Notes: generated from the letters alone by a model not told the origin. Shown: positions 20,108 through 30,078, numbered from the stretch's first letter. The stretch is 64,000 bases of DNA from an uncultured Hyphomicrobiales bacterium (GCA_964509335.1 CAZDXB010000005.1:16926-80925); one strand, 5' to 3'. A program made the numbers and translations.

Positions 20108-21397
20108 ATGAGATACAAACCTATCGACCAAAAACTATTCGTAGAAAACAGAAAGAAGTTCGCGAAGAAACTAAAACCAAATTCGGTGGCTATATTTAAC
20201 TCGAACGACGAATTGCCGCGGAACGGAGACCAATTCTTCCCATTCAGGCAAAACTCCGACTTTTTCTATCTGTCGGGCATAGACCAGCCAAAATCGATAT
20301 TAGTATTATACCCCGACTGCAACAGAGACGAATATAAAGAAATCTTGTTCGTCGAGGAAACCAGTCCGGAAATAGCTATCTGGCACGGCGATAAGTTAAC
20401 AAAAGACCAAGCGACTGAAATCTCCGGCATAGAAAATATACAATGGCTCGACCAATTCGACACAATTATAGTGGATTTAATGGCTAATTGCGACTACGCT
20501 TACCTAAATACTAACGAGAATATTCGCTACGCTTCCCCGGTTCAATATCGCGACTTGCGCTTCATCGAAGAAATGAAAAAGAAATATCCGCTTCACACAT
20601 ATATGAGAGCGGCGCCGATTATGAGCGAGCTAAGAACGCAAAAATCCCCGATTGAAATCGAACTGATGAAAGAAGCGATTGATATAACCAAAAAAGGCTT
20701 TATGAGAACTCTGGAATTCGTCAAACCGGGAGTGATGGAATACGAAATCGAGGCGGAAATAATAAGCGAATTCATCAGAAACAGAGCCGGCGGATATTCA
20801 TTCGCTCCGATTATCGCTTCCGGCTCCAACGCTTGCTCATTACACTACGACAAAAACAACGACGTATGCAACTCCGGCGAGCTTCTACTGATGGACTTCG
20901 GCGCCGAATACGCATACTACCCCGGCGACCTAAGCAGAACGATTCCCGTCAACGGCAAATACACCGACCGTCAAAAACAATGCTACGAATCCGTCCTAAA
21001 AGTCCAGAAAGAAGCGATAAATATGCTCGTAGTCGGAACTACAATCGACGAATATCACGAAAAAGTCTGCAAACTTATGGAAGAAGAGATGATAAAATTA
21101 GGGCTTTTCAGCGCCGAAGACGTCAAAAATCAAAACCCGGACAATCCGCTGTATAAAAAATACTATATGCACGGCACATCGCACTTTATGGGACTCGACG
21201 TCCACGACTTAGGATTCAAGCAAGAAAAACTAAAGGACGGTATGGTCTTCTCCTGCGAACCGGGAATTTACATCAGAGAAGAAGGAATCGGCATAAGAAT
21301 AGAAAACGACATCCTCGTTACCGACGAAGGACCGGTTGACTTAACCGCCGACATCCCCCGCGAAGTAGAAGAAATAGAAGAATTGATGAATAAATAA
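20108..21397 (+). CDS. pepP: Xaa-Pro aminopeptidase (M24B)
   Basis: FRQNSDFFYLSG, LHY, DFGAE..DLSRT, HGTSHFMGLDVHD, EPGIY, GIRIEND. Confidence 0.95.
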   Translation: MRYKPIDQKLFVENRKKFAKKLKPNSVAIFNSNDELPRNGDQFFPFRQNSDFFYLSGIDQPKSILVLYPDCNRDEYKEILFVEETSPEIAIWHGDKLTKDQATEISGIENIQWLDQFDTIIVDLMANCDYAYLNTNENIRYASPVQYRDLRFIEEMKKKYPLHTYMRAAPIMSELRTQKSPIEIELMKEAIDITKKGFMRTLEFVKPGVMEYEIEAEIISEFIRNRAGGYSFAPIIASGSNACSLHYDKNNDVCNSGELLLMDFGAEYAYYPGDLSRTIPVNGKYTDRQKQCYESVLKVQKEAINMLVVGTTIDEYHEKVCKLMEEEMIKLGLFSAEDVKNQNPDNPLYKKYYMHGTSHFMGLDVHDLGFKQEKLKDGMVFSCEPGIYIREEGIGIRIENDILVTDEGPVDLTADIPREVEEIEELMNK

Positions 21398-21409
21398 GCG
21401 TTTTGAATC

Positions 21410-21571
21410 GTAGGGGTTGAAAATCTTCAACCCCTACTACATTTTTACCTTCTAGTTCTCCTCGCCAAACTCCGATTTGGCGAGGTTAAGTTAAATTCGT
21501 TCCGTCCGCTCCCGCAACGGAACGCATATAGATACGCTCCGCGTCGTCTTCTTTCCTTTGCCGCGCAGAGC
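21410..21571. repeat. Composite REP-like cluster of three palindrome types
   Basis: GTAGGGGTTGAAAATCTTCAACCCCTAC (21410-21437); CCTCGCCAAACTCCGATTTGGCGAGG (21460-21485); a 49-bp unit at 21497-21545 whose near-identical reverse complement is at 44570-44618. Confidence 0.85.
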
Positions 21572-21710
21572 TTAGCGGAATCTCCCCGTCTTAAAATCAC
21601 ATCCTCAATCTAAGACGGAATATTCCGCCTTATAATCTCAAATAAAATTTAAGTCGGGAATTTCCGTCTTAAATAAAAATTGTTCCTCTTAGACGGAAAT
21701 AATCGGCTTA
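21572..21710. promoter_or_regulatory. Four 22-bp imperfect palindromes (consensus TAAGACGGAA-N2-TTCCGTCTTA) at 39-bp period; putative operator array of the fic gene
   Basis: Copies start at 21572, 21611, 21650 and 21689; the last ends on the A of ATG 21710. The repeats are seen directly; the operator role is inferred. Confidence 0.7.
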
Positions 21711-22858
21711 TGAACGCGAGAGCGGGAAAATACGTTAATCAGTCCAAGGAATATAAAGCCTTTATCCCTAATCCATTGCCCCCGAAACCGCCGATAAGAT
21801 ACGACGACGAGTTACGAGAATTTCTCTACGAAGCGGATAGAACGCTCGCGAGACTCGACGGCGTTACTACCGTATTGCCTAATCCGGAACTTTTTATCGC
21901 GATGTACGTCAAAAAAGAAGCTCTCTTAAGTTCGCAAATAGAAGGAACGCAGGCGTCTTTAGAGGACGTTCTTGAATTTGAGGCGAATCTTGTTCCAAAG
22001 GACAACCCAGACGACGTCAAAGAAGTCGTCAATTACATCAAAGCTCTGAATTACGGCATTGAACGTTTAAAAGAACTACCAATGTCTCTAAGATTAATTA
22101 GAGAAATTCATAAAATACTTTTAGAAGACACAAGAGGAGGCTCCAGAACTCCCGGAAATTTCAGAAAAACGCAAAATTGGATAGGGCCCGCCGGAACGTC
22201 GCTATCGGAAGCGACATACGTCCCTCCGCCACCTAATTTATTAATGAATTTAATGGGCGATTTAGAGAGCTTCATTCATAAAAAAGATAATATTCATCCC
22301 TTAATTAAAATCGCTTTAATCCACAGCCAATTCGAGACAATTCATCCGTTTTTAGACGGCAACGGAAGAATTGGAAGGCTCTTAATAACATTCTATCTTT
22401 ATTGGATGGGTTTGTTAACCAAACCCCTTTTATATATTAGTTTCTATTTAAAAAAGAACAGAAACAAGTATTACGACCTTCTAATGAAAGTTAGAAACGA
22501 TGGTTTATGGAAAGATTGGCTTAAGTTCTTTTTAAAAGGCGTTTCGGAAGTATCCGCCGAGTCCGCTAAAACCGCTGGCGAAATAATCGAGCTTAAAGAA
22601 AGATTTATAAAAAAATTATACGACAACTCTGTTTCGAGCGTGTTTGCCGTGAAATTATTAGATTTGCTCCTAAATTCGCCTATTATTGAGACTAAAGACG
22701 TTACGTTAAATTTAGGCGTTCACAAAGATACGGCAAACGAATTAGTTAAAACTTTTAAAGAAATCGGCATTCTAAAGGAAATAACGGGCAAAAAGAGATA
22801 CAAAAAGTATCTTTTCAAGGATTACGTTGAAATAATAAAGCGAGGAACGGAGATTTAA
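21710..22858 (+). CDS. Fic family protein (N-terminal inhibitory helix, C-terminal HTH-like region; SoFic-like)
   Basis: HPFLDGNGRIGR catalytic motif and SSQIEG inhibitory motif. ATG 21710 (MNARAGKY) preferred over TTG 21680. Confidence 0.93.
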   Translation: MNARAGKYVNQSKEYKAFIPNPLPPKPPIRYDDELREFLYEADRTLARLDGVTTVLPNPELFIAMYVKKEALLSSQIEGTQASLEDVLEFEANLVPKDNPDDVKEVVNYIKALNYGIERLKELPMSLRLIREIHKILLEDTRGGSRTPGNFRKTQNWIGPAGTSLSEATYVPPPPNLLMNLMGDLESFIHKKDNIHPLIKIALIHSQFETIHPFLDGNGRIGRLLITFYLYWMGLLTKPLLYISFYLKKNRNKYYDLLMKVRNDGLWKDWLKFFLKGVSEVSAESAKTAGEIIELKERFIKKLYDNSVSSVFAVKLLDLLLNSPIIETKDVTLNLGVHKDTANELVKTFKEIGILKEITGKKRYKKYLFKDYVEIIKRGTEI

Positions 22859-23000
22859 TAAGCTTTTAACGCAACTCGCCCTACAATATTCATCAAATGA
22901 TTACAAAACATAAAAACCTTTTTCATAAATTATCAAAAACGTTAAGTTGCTTTTTTGCAAATTGCAAGTATAGCGTTTAATAATATATACGGTAAGCCTT

Positions 23001-24254
23001 ATGAATGAAAATGTCTTAGATAGGTTCTTGCGTTACGCTAAAATCGACACCCAGTCAAAAGAAGACTCAGATTCCTACCCAAGTACAAAAAAACAATTCG
23101 ATTTGCTGAATTTACTCGAAAAAGAATTGAAAGAAATGGGCGTCGAAGACGCGTCAATCAACGAACACGGCTACTTATTCGCGACAATACCTTCAAACCT
23201 TCCCGACGACTCGCCCGCAAAAGGCAAAGTTCCAACGGTCGGATTCCTCGCGCACGTCGATACTTCGCCGGACGCGCCCGGCAAAGACGTAAAACCGCAA
23301 ATAATCGAAAATTATCAAGGCGGCGACATCGTATTGCCCGGCGACAAGTCAAAAATCATAAAAGAATCCGAAAGCAAACAATTGAAAAATTGCGTCGGGC
23401 ATAAAATCATAACCAGCGACGGAACGACTCTCTTAGGCGCCGACAACAAAGCAGGCGTAGCCGCAATTATGAACGCCGCCCAAACGTTAATTAACAATCC
23501 CGACATTATTCACGGCGACATAAAAATCGGTTTCACTCCCGACGAAGAAATCGGGCAGGGAACTAAGTATTTCGACATAAAAAAATTCGGCGCGAAATAC
23601 GCCTACACTGTTGACGGCGAAATGCCCGGCGAACTTAACAAAGAAACGTTCAGCGCCAACACGGGAATTATTAAAGTAGAAGGAAGAGACATACACCCGG
23701 GTTCAGCCAAAGACATTATGGTCAACTCGATTAGAGTAATGGCAGATATAATTTCTCGTTTACCGAAAGATATGGCGCCCGAAACAACCGAAAAATATCA
23801 GCCTTACATTCATCCGCATATTCTCGAATCGTCGGTCGGCAAATCAAAATTAAAAATGCTTTTCAGGGATTTCAAAACGGAAGGACTGGACGAGCAAAAG
23901 AAAATCGTAGAGAAAATTATCGACGAAGTAAAAGAATTACATCCCAGAGCCGATATAAAACTTGAAATAGAAGAAATGTACAGAAATATGCGCGAAGAAT
24001 TGGACAAGCATCCTCTAGTCCTTGATTGCCTCTGGGAAGCCGCCGACAAAGCCGGCGCGAATCCATATTGGGAACCTATTCGAGGCGGCACCGACGGCTC
24101 GCGCTTAACGGCTATAGGCTTGCCGACGCCGAACATATACACGGGCGGGCAAAACTTCCACAGCGTAACGGAATGGCTTTCCGCCGACGCTCTTAACGTT
24201 ACCGTCGATACAATAATAAATCTGACGCAAACTTGGGTCGAAAAAAGCAAATAA
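23001..24254 (+). CDS. pepT: Peptidase T (tripeptide aminopeptidase, M20)
   Basis: AHVDTSPD, DGTTLLGADNKAG, FTPDEEIG, HPGSAK, IRGGTDG. Confidence 0.96.
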   Translation: MNENVLDRFLRYAKIDTQSKEDSDSYPSTKKQFDLLNLLEKELKEMGVEDASINEHGYLFATIPSNLPDDSPAKGKVPTVGFLAHVDTSPDAPGKDVKPQIIENYQGGDIVLPGDKSKIIKESESKQLKNCVGHKIITSDGTTLLGADNKAGVAAIMNAAQTLINNPDIIHGDIKIGFTPDEEIGQGTKYFDIKKFGAKYAYTVDGEMPGELNKETFSANTGIIKVEGRDIHPGSAKDIMVNSIRVMADIISRLPKDMAPETTEKYQPYIHPHILESSVGKSKLKMLFRDFKTEGLDEQKKIVEKIIDEVKELHPRADIKLEIEEMYRNMREELDKHPLVLDCLWEAADKAGANPYWEPIRGGTDGSRLTAIGLPTPNIYTGGQNFHSVTEWLSADALNVTVDTIINLTQTWVEKSK

Positions 24255-24288
24255 AAGGTCGTATAAAAAATAAGTAGCGGAGATTTTG

Positions 24289-26292
24289 ATGGATTCAAAA
24301 AAATCAATGACAAAACTACCGGACAACGCTTACAGGAAGCTAAAACAGGGAGAGGTCTATAGACCCGTAATGTCTCCCGAATACAAATTCAAGGAAGTAA
24401 CGCCTTGGTCGGTAGCTTGGGGCTTGGCAATGGCGGTGTTGTTCTCGGCGGCGGCGGCTTACTCCGGCTTAAAAATCGGACAGGTATTAGAAGCCGCCAT
24501 TCCTATTTCAATAATAGCCGTCGGAGCTTCTTCCTTCTTCAAAAAATCAAAGGCTCTAGGACAAAACGTAATAATTCAATCGCTCGGAGCTAGCTCCGGC
24601 GTTATTGTGGCGGGAGCGATATTCACGATGCCCGCCCTTTATATTCTCGGTCTGGAAGTCAATTTCTTCCAAATCTTCTTCTCCTGCCTACTCGGCGGAT
24701 TTCTAGGAATTCTATTTCTAATCCCGTTCCGCAAATACTTCGTTAAAGATATGCACGGCGAGTTCCCCTTCCCCGAAGCTACGGCTACGACGGAAATACT
24801 AATAACCGGCGAGAGCGGCGGAACTAAAGCCGGCGTGCTTATTATGAGCGGACTTATCGGCGGCGTTTACGACTTTATGGCGTCCGCCCTCGGATTATGG
24901 AGCGAAGTATTCACGTCTAGAATTATCCCAATAGGCGAAAAAATCGCCGAGCAATTCAAACTGCTATTCACATTTAACGTAAGCGCGTTAATAGTGGGCT
25001 TCGGATATTTGGTAGGTTTAAAATTCTCAACGATTATAGTGGTCGGCTCCCTACTCTCTTGGTTCGTATTGGTTCCCTTGCTTCAAACAGTCGGAGGAAT
25101 CGTCGCCGGACCGGAAGGAGCGAACATCTTTACCGCTATGACGCCCGAGCAAATTTTCATCGATTACGTGCGCCACATAGGAATCGGCGGCATCGCTATG
25201 GCTGGAATCATAGGAATACTGAAGTCCTCGAAAATAATCGGAAACGCTTTCTCGCTGGCTTTTAAAGGAATCTTCGGAAGCAAAGTGGAAAGCGGCGACG
25301 GCTCGCAACTCCGCACCAACAAAGATATGAAAATGACTTTCATCATTTTCTTGTTACTATTAACTTCGATAGCCGTTTTCATTTTCTTCGTAACCGGAAT
25401 TAATATAACATTCGGACAAGCGGTTGTAGCATTCCTAACCGTCTTTATTATCGCGTTCTTATTTACTTCCGTGGCGGCGAACGCGATAGCTATAGTGGGA
25501 ACTAATCCCGTTTCGGGAATGACGCTAATGACTTTAATCCTATCGTCGTTCGTATTAGCCGCCGCAGGCTTGAGCGGCGAAACTGGTATGCTTAGCGCGA
25601 TTATTATCGGCGGCGTCGTTTGCACGGCTCTGTCGATGTCCGGCGGATTTATCACAGACTTAAAAATAGGCTACTGGCTCGGCTCCACTCCTTTAAAACA
25701 GGAATCTTGGAAATTTCTCGGTACGCTTTTCTCGGCGGCGACAGTCGGTATTGTTATATATATACTGAACGAAACTTACGGCTTCGTTCAAACGCCCGAT
25801 ACGCCGAATCCAATGATAGCGCCGCAAGCGAACGCCGTAGCCGCGGTTATAAAACCGCTAATGTCCCCCGGAGCGCAAATCCATTGGATGCTTTACATAG
25901 TCGGGGCGGTCATAGCCGTATTAGTTAACGCTATCGGTATTTCGCCGCTGGCGTTCGCTTTGGGTATGTATTTGCCGCTGGAGCTTAACACTCCTCTGCT
26001 ATTAGGCGGTATTATATCTCACTTTGTAAAGAACGGCAAAGGCAAAGAAAGTTTAATAAAAGCAAGACACCAAAGAGGAACTCTAATAGCCTCCGGCTTC
26101 ATAGCGGGAGCCGCAATATTCGGAGTTATCGGCGCGCTGGTTAAATTTATACTTAATCGTTCGGGACTGCCCGACATAAGGCTAGAGCATTGGCCCGAAA
26201 CCTACGACGCTCAATTCTTAGCTATAGGCGCCTTTGCATTGTTGGTAACGTTTATGATTTGGCAAATTTACAAAGCAAAATCAGACGAATAA
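24289..26292 (+). CDS. OPT family oligopeptide transporter
   Basis: Many TM segments; YSGLKIG, FPEATAT, NPVSGM, DLKIG, APQA motifs. Confidence 0.93.
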   Translation: MDSKKSMTKLPDNAYRKLKQGEVYRPVMSPEYKFKEVTPWSVAWGLAMAVLFSAAAAYSGLKIGQVLEAAIPISIIAVGASSFFKKSKALGQNVIIQSLGASSGVIVAGAIFTMPALYILGLEVNFFQIFFSCLLGGFLGILFLIPFRKYFVKDMHGEFPFPEATATTEILITGESGGTKAGVLIMSGLIGGVYDFMASALGLWSEVFTSRIIPIGEKIAEQFKLLFTFNVSALIVGFGYLVGLKFSTIIVVGSLLSWFVLVPLLQTVGGIVAGPEGANIFTAMTPEQIFIDYVRHIGIGGIAMAGIIGILKSSKIIGNAFSLAFKGIFGSKVESGDGSQLRTNKDMKMTFIIFLLLLTSIAVFIFFVTGINITFGQAVVAFLTVFIIAFLFTSVAANAIAIVGTNPVSGMTLMTLILSSFVLAAAGLSGETGMLSAIIIGGVVCTALSMSGGFITDLKIGYWLGSTPLKQESWKFLGTLFSAATVGIVIYILNETYGFVQTPDTPNPMIAPQANAVAAVIKPLMSPGAQIHWMLYIVGAVIAVLVNAIGISPLAFALGMYLPLELNTPLLLGGIISHFVKNGKGKESLIKARHQRGTLIASGFIAGAAIFGVIGALVKFILNRSGLPDIRLEHWPETYDAQFLAIGAFALLVTFMIWQIYKAKSDE

Positions 26293-26376
26293 AAAATAAT
26301 GATTATAAGCAATTCAAAAATGAAAAGGACGTCTAAATTTGTATTTTGACGTCCCTAAGGTTATTTTGGGCGACTA

Positions 26377-27429
26377 ATGAAAGAAAGCGCTAAAAATATT
26401 ATCCGTTTTATTATCTCGGCTATAATAATAGTCGTTTCTCTTTACTTCGCGCTAAAAGACATCAATTTAGCTAAACTTTGGAACATCATAGTCCACGCCG
26501 ATTATCTCTGGGTAATTATTTCCATTCCCATCATATTAATATCGCATTGGATAAGAGCTTCGCGCTGGAAAACTATGCTCGAGCCGGCGTTAAAAGTTAA
26601 GTCGCCCTCCACTTATAATCTTTTCTCCGCCGTTATGATTGGCTACGCTTTTAATTGCGCTTTACCAAGGGGCGGCGAGTTCGTCAGACCCTTCGTCTAT
26701 TCCAGAAGAGAAAAAGTATCGTTCACAAGCGTTTTCGCCACCGTAATAGTCGAAAGAGTAATCGACATTTTCACGCTTTTGTTCCTTTTCGCTATGGTTT
26801 TTCTCTTTCTTGGCGAGCAAATTCTTAATGTTCTTCCGAGTGTGGACGCAAAAAAAGTCGCCGTTATAGGCGCGCTTGTTATTATTGTCGGACTTGTTAG
26901 CTTTTACCCGCCCGTTTTTAGATTCCTTATCAAAAAAATACTTAAGCCCATCTCAAATAAATTCTACGAAAAAATATACGAGCTTTTCGAAAAGTTCTTG
27001 CGCGGCTTCGCTATTATTAAATCGCCTTCGCGCTATTTGCGTCTCATAATTGAATCTTTCGCCATCTGGTTTTTCTATACTATCCCGCTTTATTTAATGT
27101 TCTTTTCGTTCGACTTCCAAAATGTTCTTCATTTAGGAATCGGCGACGCCGTTCTTCTTGTCGTGATTTCCGGCATAGGCGTATCTATCGCTCCGACTCC
27201 CGGGGCCATCGGAGTTTATCATTTCCTAGTTCAAAACGCTTTGATTAAATTTTTCGGAGTCTCGCCGGAAGCCGCTCTCGCTTACGCCACTTTAGTTCAC
27301 GGAATCAACTTCCTAATACAAGTATCCGTCGGCGGTATGTTCTTTATGCGAGAAAACATCAAGAAAATCCCGTTTCAAAGAGAAGACATTCCCGAGAAAA
27401 ACGAAAAACCGATAGAAAACTCGGGGTGA
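26377..27429 (+). CDS. Lysylphosphatidylglycerol synthase TM-domain (flippase-like, UPF0104) protein
   Basis: RASRW, LPRGGEFVR, VERVID, PTPGAIGVYH motifs. Confidence 0.88.
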   Translation: MKESAKNIIRFIISAIIIVVSLYFALKDINLAKLWNIIVHADYLWVIISIPIILISHWIRASRWKTMLEPALKVKSPSTYNLFSAVMIGYAFNCALPRGGEFVRPFVYSRREKVSFTSVFATVIVERVIDIFTLLFLFAMVFLFLGEQILNVLPSVDAKKVAVIGALVIIVGLVSFYPPVFRFLIKKILKPISNKFYEKIYELFEKFLRGFAIIKSPSRYLRLIIESFAIWFFYTIPLYLMFFSFDFQNVLHLGIGDAVLLVVISGIGVSIAPTPGAIGVYHFLVQNALIKFFGVSPEAALAYATLVHGINFLIQVSVGGMFFMRENIKKIPFQREDIPEKNEKPIENSG

Positions 27430-27443
27430 AATTAGCTTATTCA

Positions 27444-27703
27444 ACTCATCCGACGACTCGAATTCATCATATAAGCGGTGAATTTTACAGCCTCTTTCCC
27501 AAATTGAAATTTGAAAATTAAAAATAAAAAGAACAGTAGAACAGGCTTCCAGCCTGTTTTTCTTTTTTTTGCGCTTGATTTTAGATACGCTACACTTCGC
27601 AGGTGTAGCACATCTTCGTGGGAGACGCAAGATTTTGCGTCTCTACAATCTCCACTCGTAGTTAATCATAACTCATCCGACGACTCCCAGTCATCGGATG
27701 AGT
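27444..27703. repeat. REP-like palindrome cluster
   Basis: ACTCATCCGACGACTC..GTCATCGGATGAGT family at 27444 (degenerate) and 27671-27703; GTAGAACAGGCTTCCAGCCTGTT (27536); GCTACAC/GTGTAGC hairpin (27589-27609); GAGACGCAAGATTTTGCGTCTCTAC (27622-27646). Confidence 0.85.
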
Positions 27704-27818
27704 ATCCCTAAATAATATACTCTTTTCTATTCCCCATTCTATTATTTTTCCGTAATTTCGCTTTTCAAATTGATTTAATTTGATTTATGTTTAAGCGGTT
27801 TAAGGGAGATTAATAAAA

Positions 27819-28751
27819 ATGAACAAGCCAAGCCCGACTAAAATTTGGATAGCTCAAACGAGAGCGAACTTTCTTATTCTAGCGATTCTTTTAGCGGCTA
27901 TAGGATTAATTTTAGCTATTGACGCCGGCGCGAAAGTTCAATTCTTAGACGTCGCTCTACTTTTCGTCGGAACTATACTAGCGCACGTTTCCGTAAATCT
28001 TTTCAACGAATACTCAGACTATAAAACAAAAATCGATTTCGACACTCCGCGCAACCCTTTCAGCGGCGGCAGCGGTATGCTGGTCAACGGACATACCAAA
28101 CCCGGAAGCGTTCTGGGGGCGGCTATCGCGACTTTAGCCTTAGCTACGGTTATCGGCGTTTACTTCATTCTGAATTCCCACTGGTCGATATTGCTATTTA
28201 TCGCTTTGGGCGCGTGCGCAATCATATTTTATACAAACGTTCTCGCTAAGATGCTTCTCGGAGAGTTCTTCGCCGGTCTGACTCTCGGAACATTCGTCGT
28301 CTGGGGCGCTTATATCGTATTAGCCGCAGAGCCGACTACACCCTTGCGAGAACTACTGACTCTCAAAGTAATTATGGTTTCGATTCCGCCCGGAATTCTT
28401 ACCTCGTTGCTCTTGCTTTTAAACGAATTCCCCGACGCCGAAGCCGACAAAAAAGGCGGCAGATACCACCTTATCATCGCGTTCGGAAAGAAAAAATCCG
28501 CTTACATATATACGATTGCCTTAGCTATTACCTACATATTAATAATACTGACTCCAATTATCGGCGCCTCTTCCTACTGGCTCTTAATTGCCCTATTGAC
28601 TATACCATTAGCAAGCAAAGCGGCTAAAGCCGCGCTCGTTCATTACAACGACAACGATATTATTATTCCCGCTCTCGGCGTGAACGTGCTCGTCGTTCTC
28701 GGAACGGATTTGCTATTAGTTCTCGGCGTTTTGCTAGGCAATATCATTTGA
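27819..28751 (+). CDS. UbiA-family prenyltransferase, MenA-like
   Basis: NLFNEYSDYKTKID, FSGGSG, NEFPDAEADKKGGR; multiple TM helices. Confidence 0.85.
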   Translation: MNKPSPTKIWIAQTRANFLILAILLAAIGLILAIDAGAKVQFLDVALLFVGTILAHVSVNLFNEYSDYKTKIDFDTPRNPFSGGSGMLVNGHTKPGSVLGAAIATLALATVIGVYFILNSHWSILLFIALGACAIIFYTNVLAKMLLGEFFAGLTLGTFVVWGAYIVLAAEPTTPLRELLTLKVIMVSIPPGILTSLLLLLNEFPDAEADKKGGRYHLIIAFGKKKSAYIYTIALAITYILIILTPIIGASSYWLLIALLTIPLASKAAKAALVHYNDNDIIIPALGVNVLVVLGTDLLLVLGVLLGNII

Positions 28752-28758
28752 TAGAGCG

Positions 28759-28870
28759 ACTCACCCGACGACTCCGAGTTACCGGATGAGTAAGAAAAGA
28801 GAAGTAGAGGCGAACTGCCTTTGCCCCGACAGCCCAAAACCTCCTTCCGAAATTGCAATTTCGGAAGGAG
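28759..28870. repeat. REP-like palindrome cluster
   Basis: 33-bp ACTCA..TGAGT copy (28759-28791); degenerate GTAG-type unit (28804); perfect 30-bp palindrome CTCCTTCCGAAATTGCAATTTCGGAAGGAG (28841-28870). Confidence 0.85.
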
Positions 28871-28895
28871 AATATAAATCACTGTCGTATAATAC

Positions 28896-29186
28896 TCAAT
28901 CTCCGCTTCCCCTCTTCATCCTAATAACTTTCTTCAAATAGGCGTCGGAAACGCCTAGATCGCGCGCTACTTGCTTTAAGCTTTTCTCGCTGTTCTCCTT
29001 ATAATAGCGAAAAACCAAATCCTCCAGCCGCGTTATCTTCGGTATATAAAAACTAAGCCCGCTCAAGCCTCTAAGCATACTCTTCACGGTCTCTATGCCG
29101 CAAGATTGCATAATGAGCTTCAAATCGCTCGTCAAATCGCTCTCCCGAACGTAATCATAAACGTCTTCCATCGACTCCTCCAACAT
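28896..29186 (-). CDS. Mor (phage Mu Mor/C)-like transcriptional regulator
   Basis: GIETVKSMLRGLSGLSFYIPK followed by HTH SLKQVARDLGVSDAYLKKVI, the Mor-family layout. Confidence 0.7.
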   Translation of the reverse strand: MLEESMEDVYDYVRESDLTSDLKLIMQSCGIETVKSMLRGLSGLSFYIPKITRLEDLVFRYYKENSEKSLKQVARDLGVSDAYLKKVIRMKRGSGD

Positions 29187-29198
29187 TAATAATTAATC

Positions 29199-29483
29199 TC
29201 AACCGTATAAATTCTCCGCCCCGGGCGCCGCTATTTCGTTTTCCAAAAAATCTTTTATGAAAAAACGCAAACCGCCCAACGCTTGCCCGTCAACAATTTC
29301 TTTCTCTCTTACTTCCTCGAAAAATTGCTCGAATAAATCGTTCAACATCTTAGCGGCGCCTATTTTCCCGCCGCGCGATTCCAACTCGTTCTTCCGAGGA
29401 ATAATTAGAACAATATCATCTGAAACGCGCTTTTGTTGTAAATTTTTCATTTTTTTCTTGGAATTTGATTTTCTTTTTCCCAT
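29199..29483 (-). CDS. Hypothetical protein
   Basis: GGAGG SD before ATG; 12 bp from the Mor-like gene on the same strand. Confidence 0.65.
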   Translation of the reverse strand: MGKRKSNSKKKMKNLQQKRVSDDIVLIIPRKNELESRGGKIGAAKMLNDLFEQFFEEVREKEIVDGQALGGLRFFIKDFLENEIAAPGAENLYG

Positions 29484-29649
29484 ATTAACCTCCGCGTTAA
29501 TGAAGTTTTGTAAAATTTAAAATCATATGATATTAAAAGCTTTCAAAAATAATTAAAACTCATTAATTGATATTAATACAACATAACGATGTAAAATATA
29601 CACGCAATATAAATATTAATTATAAACAAGTCAAGTAAAAAATTATTTT

Positions 29650-30078
29650 ATGCCGGATTTAAAAAAAGAAATAGGGAAAAGATTGAGGGAGGTTAGGTAT
29701 TTGTTTTTGGAAGGCGATAAAGTCTCGACGCGGCAATTTGCCAACGCAGTCGGCGAGAGCAAAGACAATATCGCCAATTACGAGAACGGAAGAGCGAACG
29801 TTCCGAACCGCTTGCTTCTCGCTTTGTATCACCGCGGGTTCAATCCGGTTTACATAATAACCGGCGAAGGCGACATCTTCGCCGACAACAAGCAAGGCAG
29901 AGCCTTAAAACACCTTATTAAAACAAAAAAAGAAATCCATTCCGGCAAAGCGATAGCCAAAGAATACGACTATTCTAAACTAAGCGTCCAAGAGCTGGAA
30001 AGAAGATACGCCCATTACCAAGTAGCCGCCGGCGATATCAGAAAAATTATTGAGAAAAAAAAGAAAAGCGACAAGTAG
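29650..30078 (+). CDS. XRE/CI-like HTH regulator with C-terminal VAAG motif
   Basis: IGKRLREVR..STRQFANAVG..NIANYENGRANVP..NPVYIITGEG. Confidence 0.88.
   Translation: MPDLKKEIGKRLREVRYLFLEGDKVSTRQFANAVGESKDNIANYENGRANVPNRLLLALYHRGFNPVYIITGEGDIFADNKQGRALKHLIKTKKEIHSGKAIAKEYDYSKLSVQELERRYAHYQVAAGDIRKIIEKKKKSDK

Noticed and set aside
21572-21710. CRISPR array
   Set aside because: Repeats are degenerate, spacers only 17 bp, the last repeat overlaps a start codon, and there are no cas genes.
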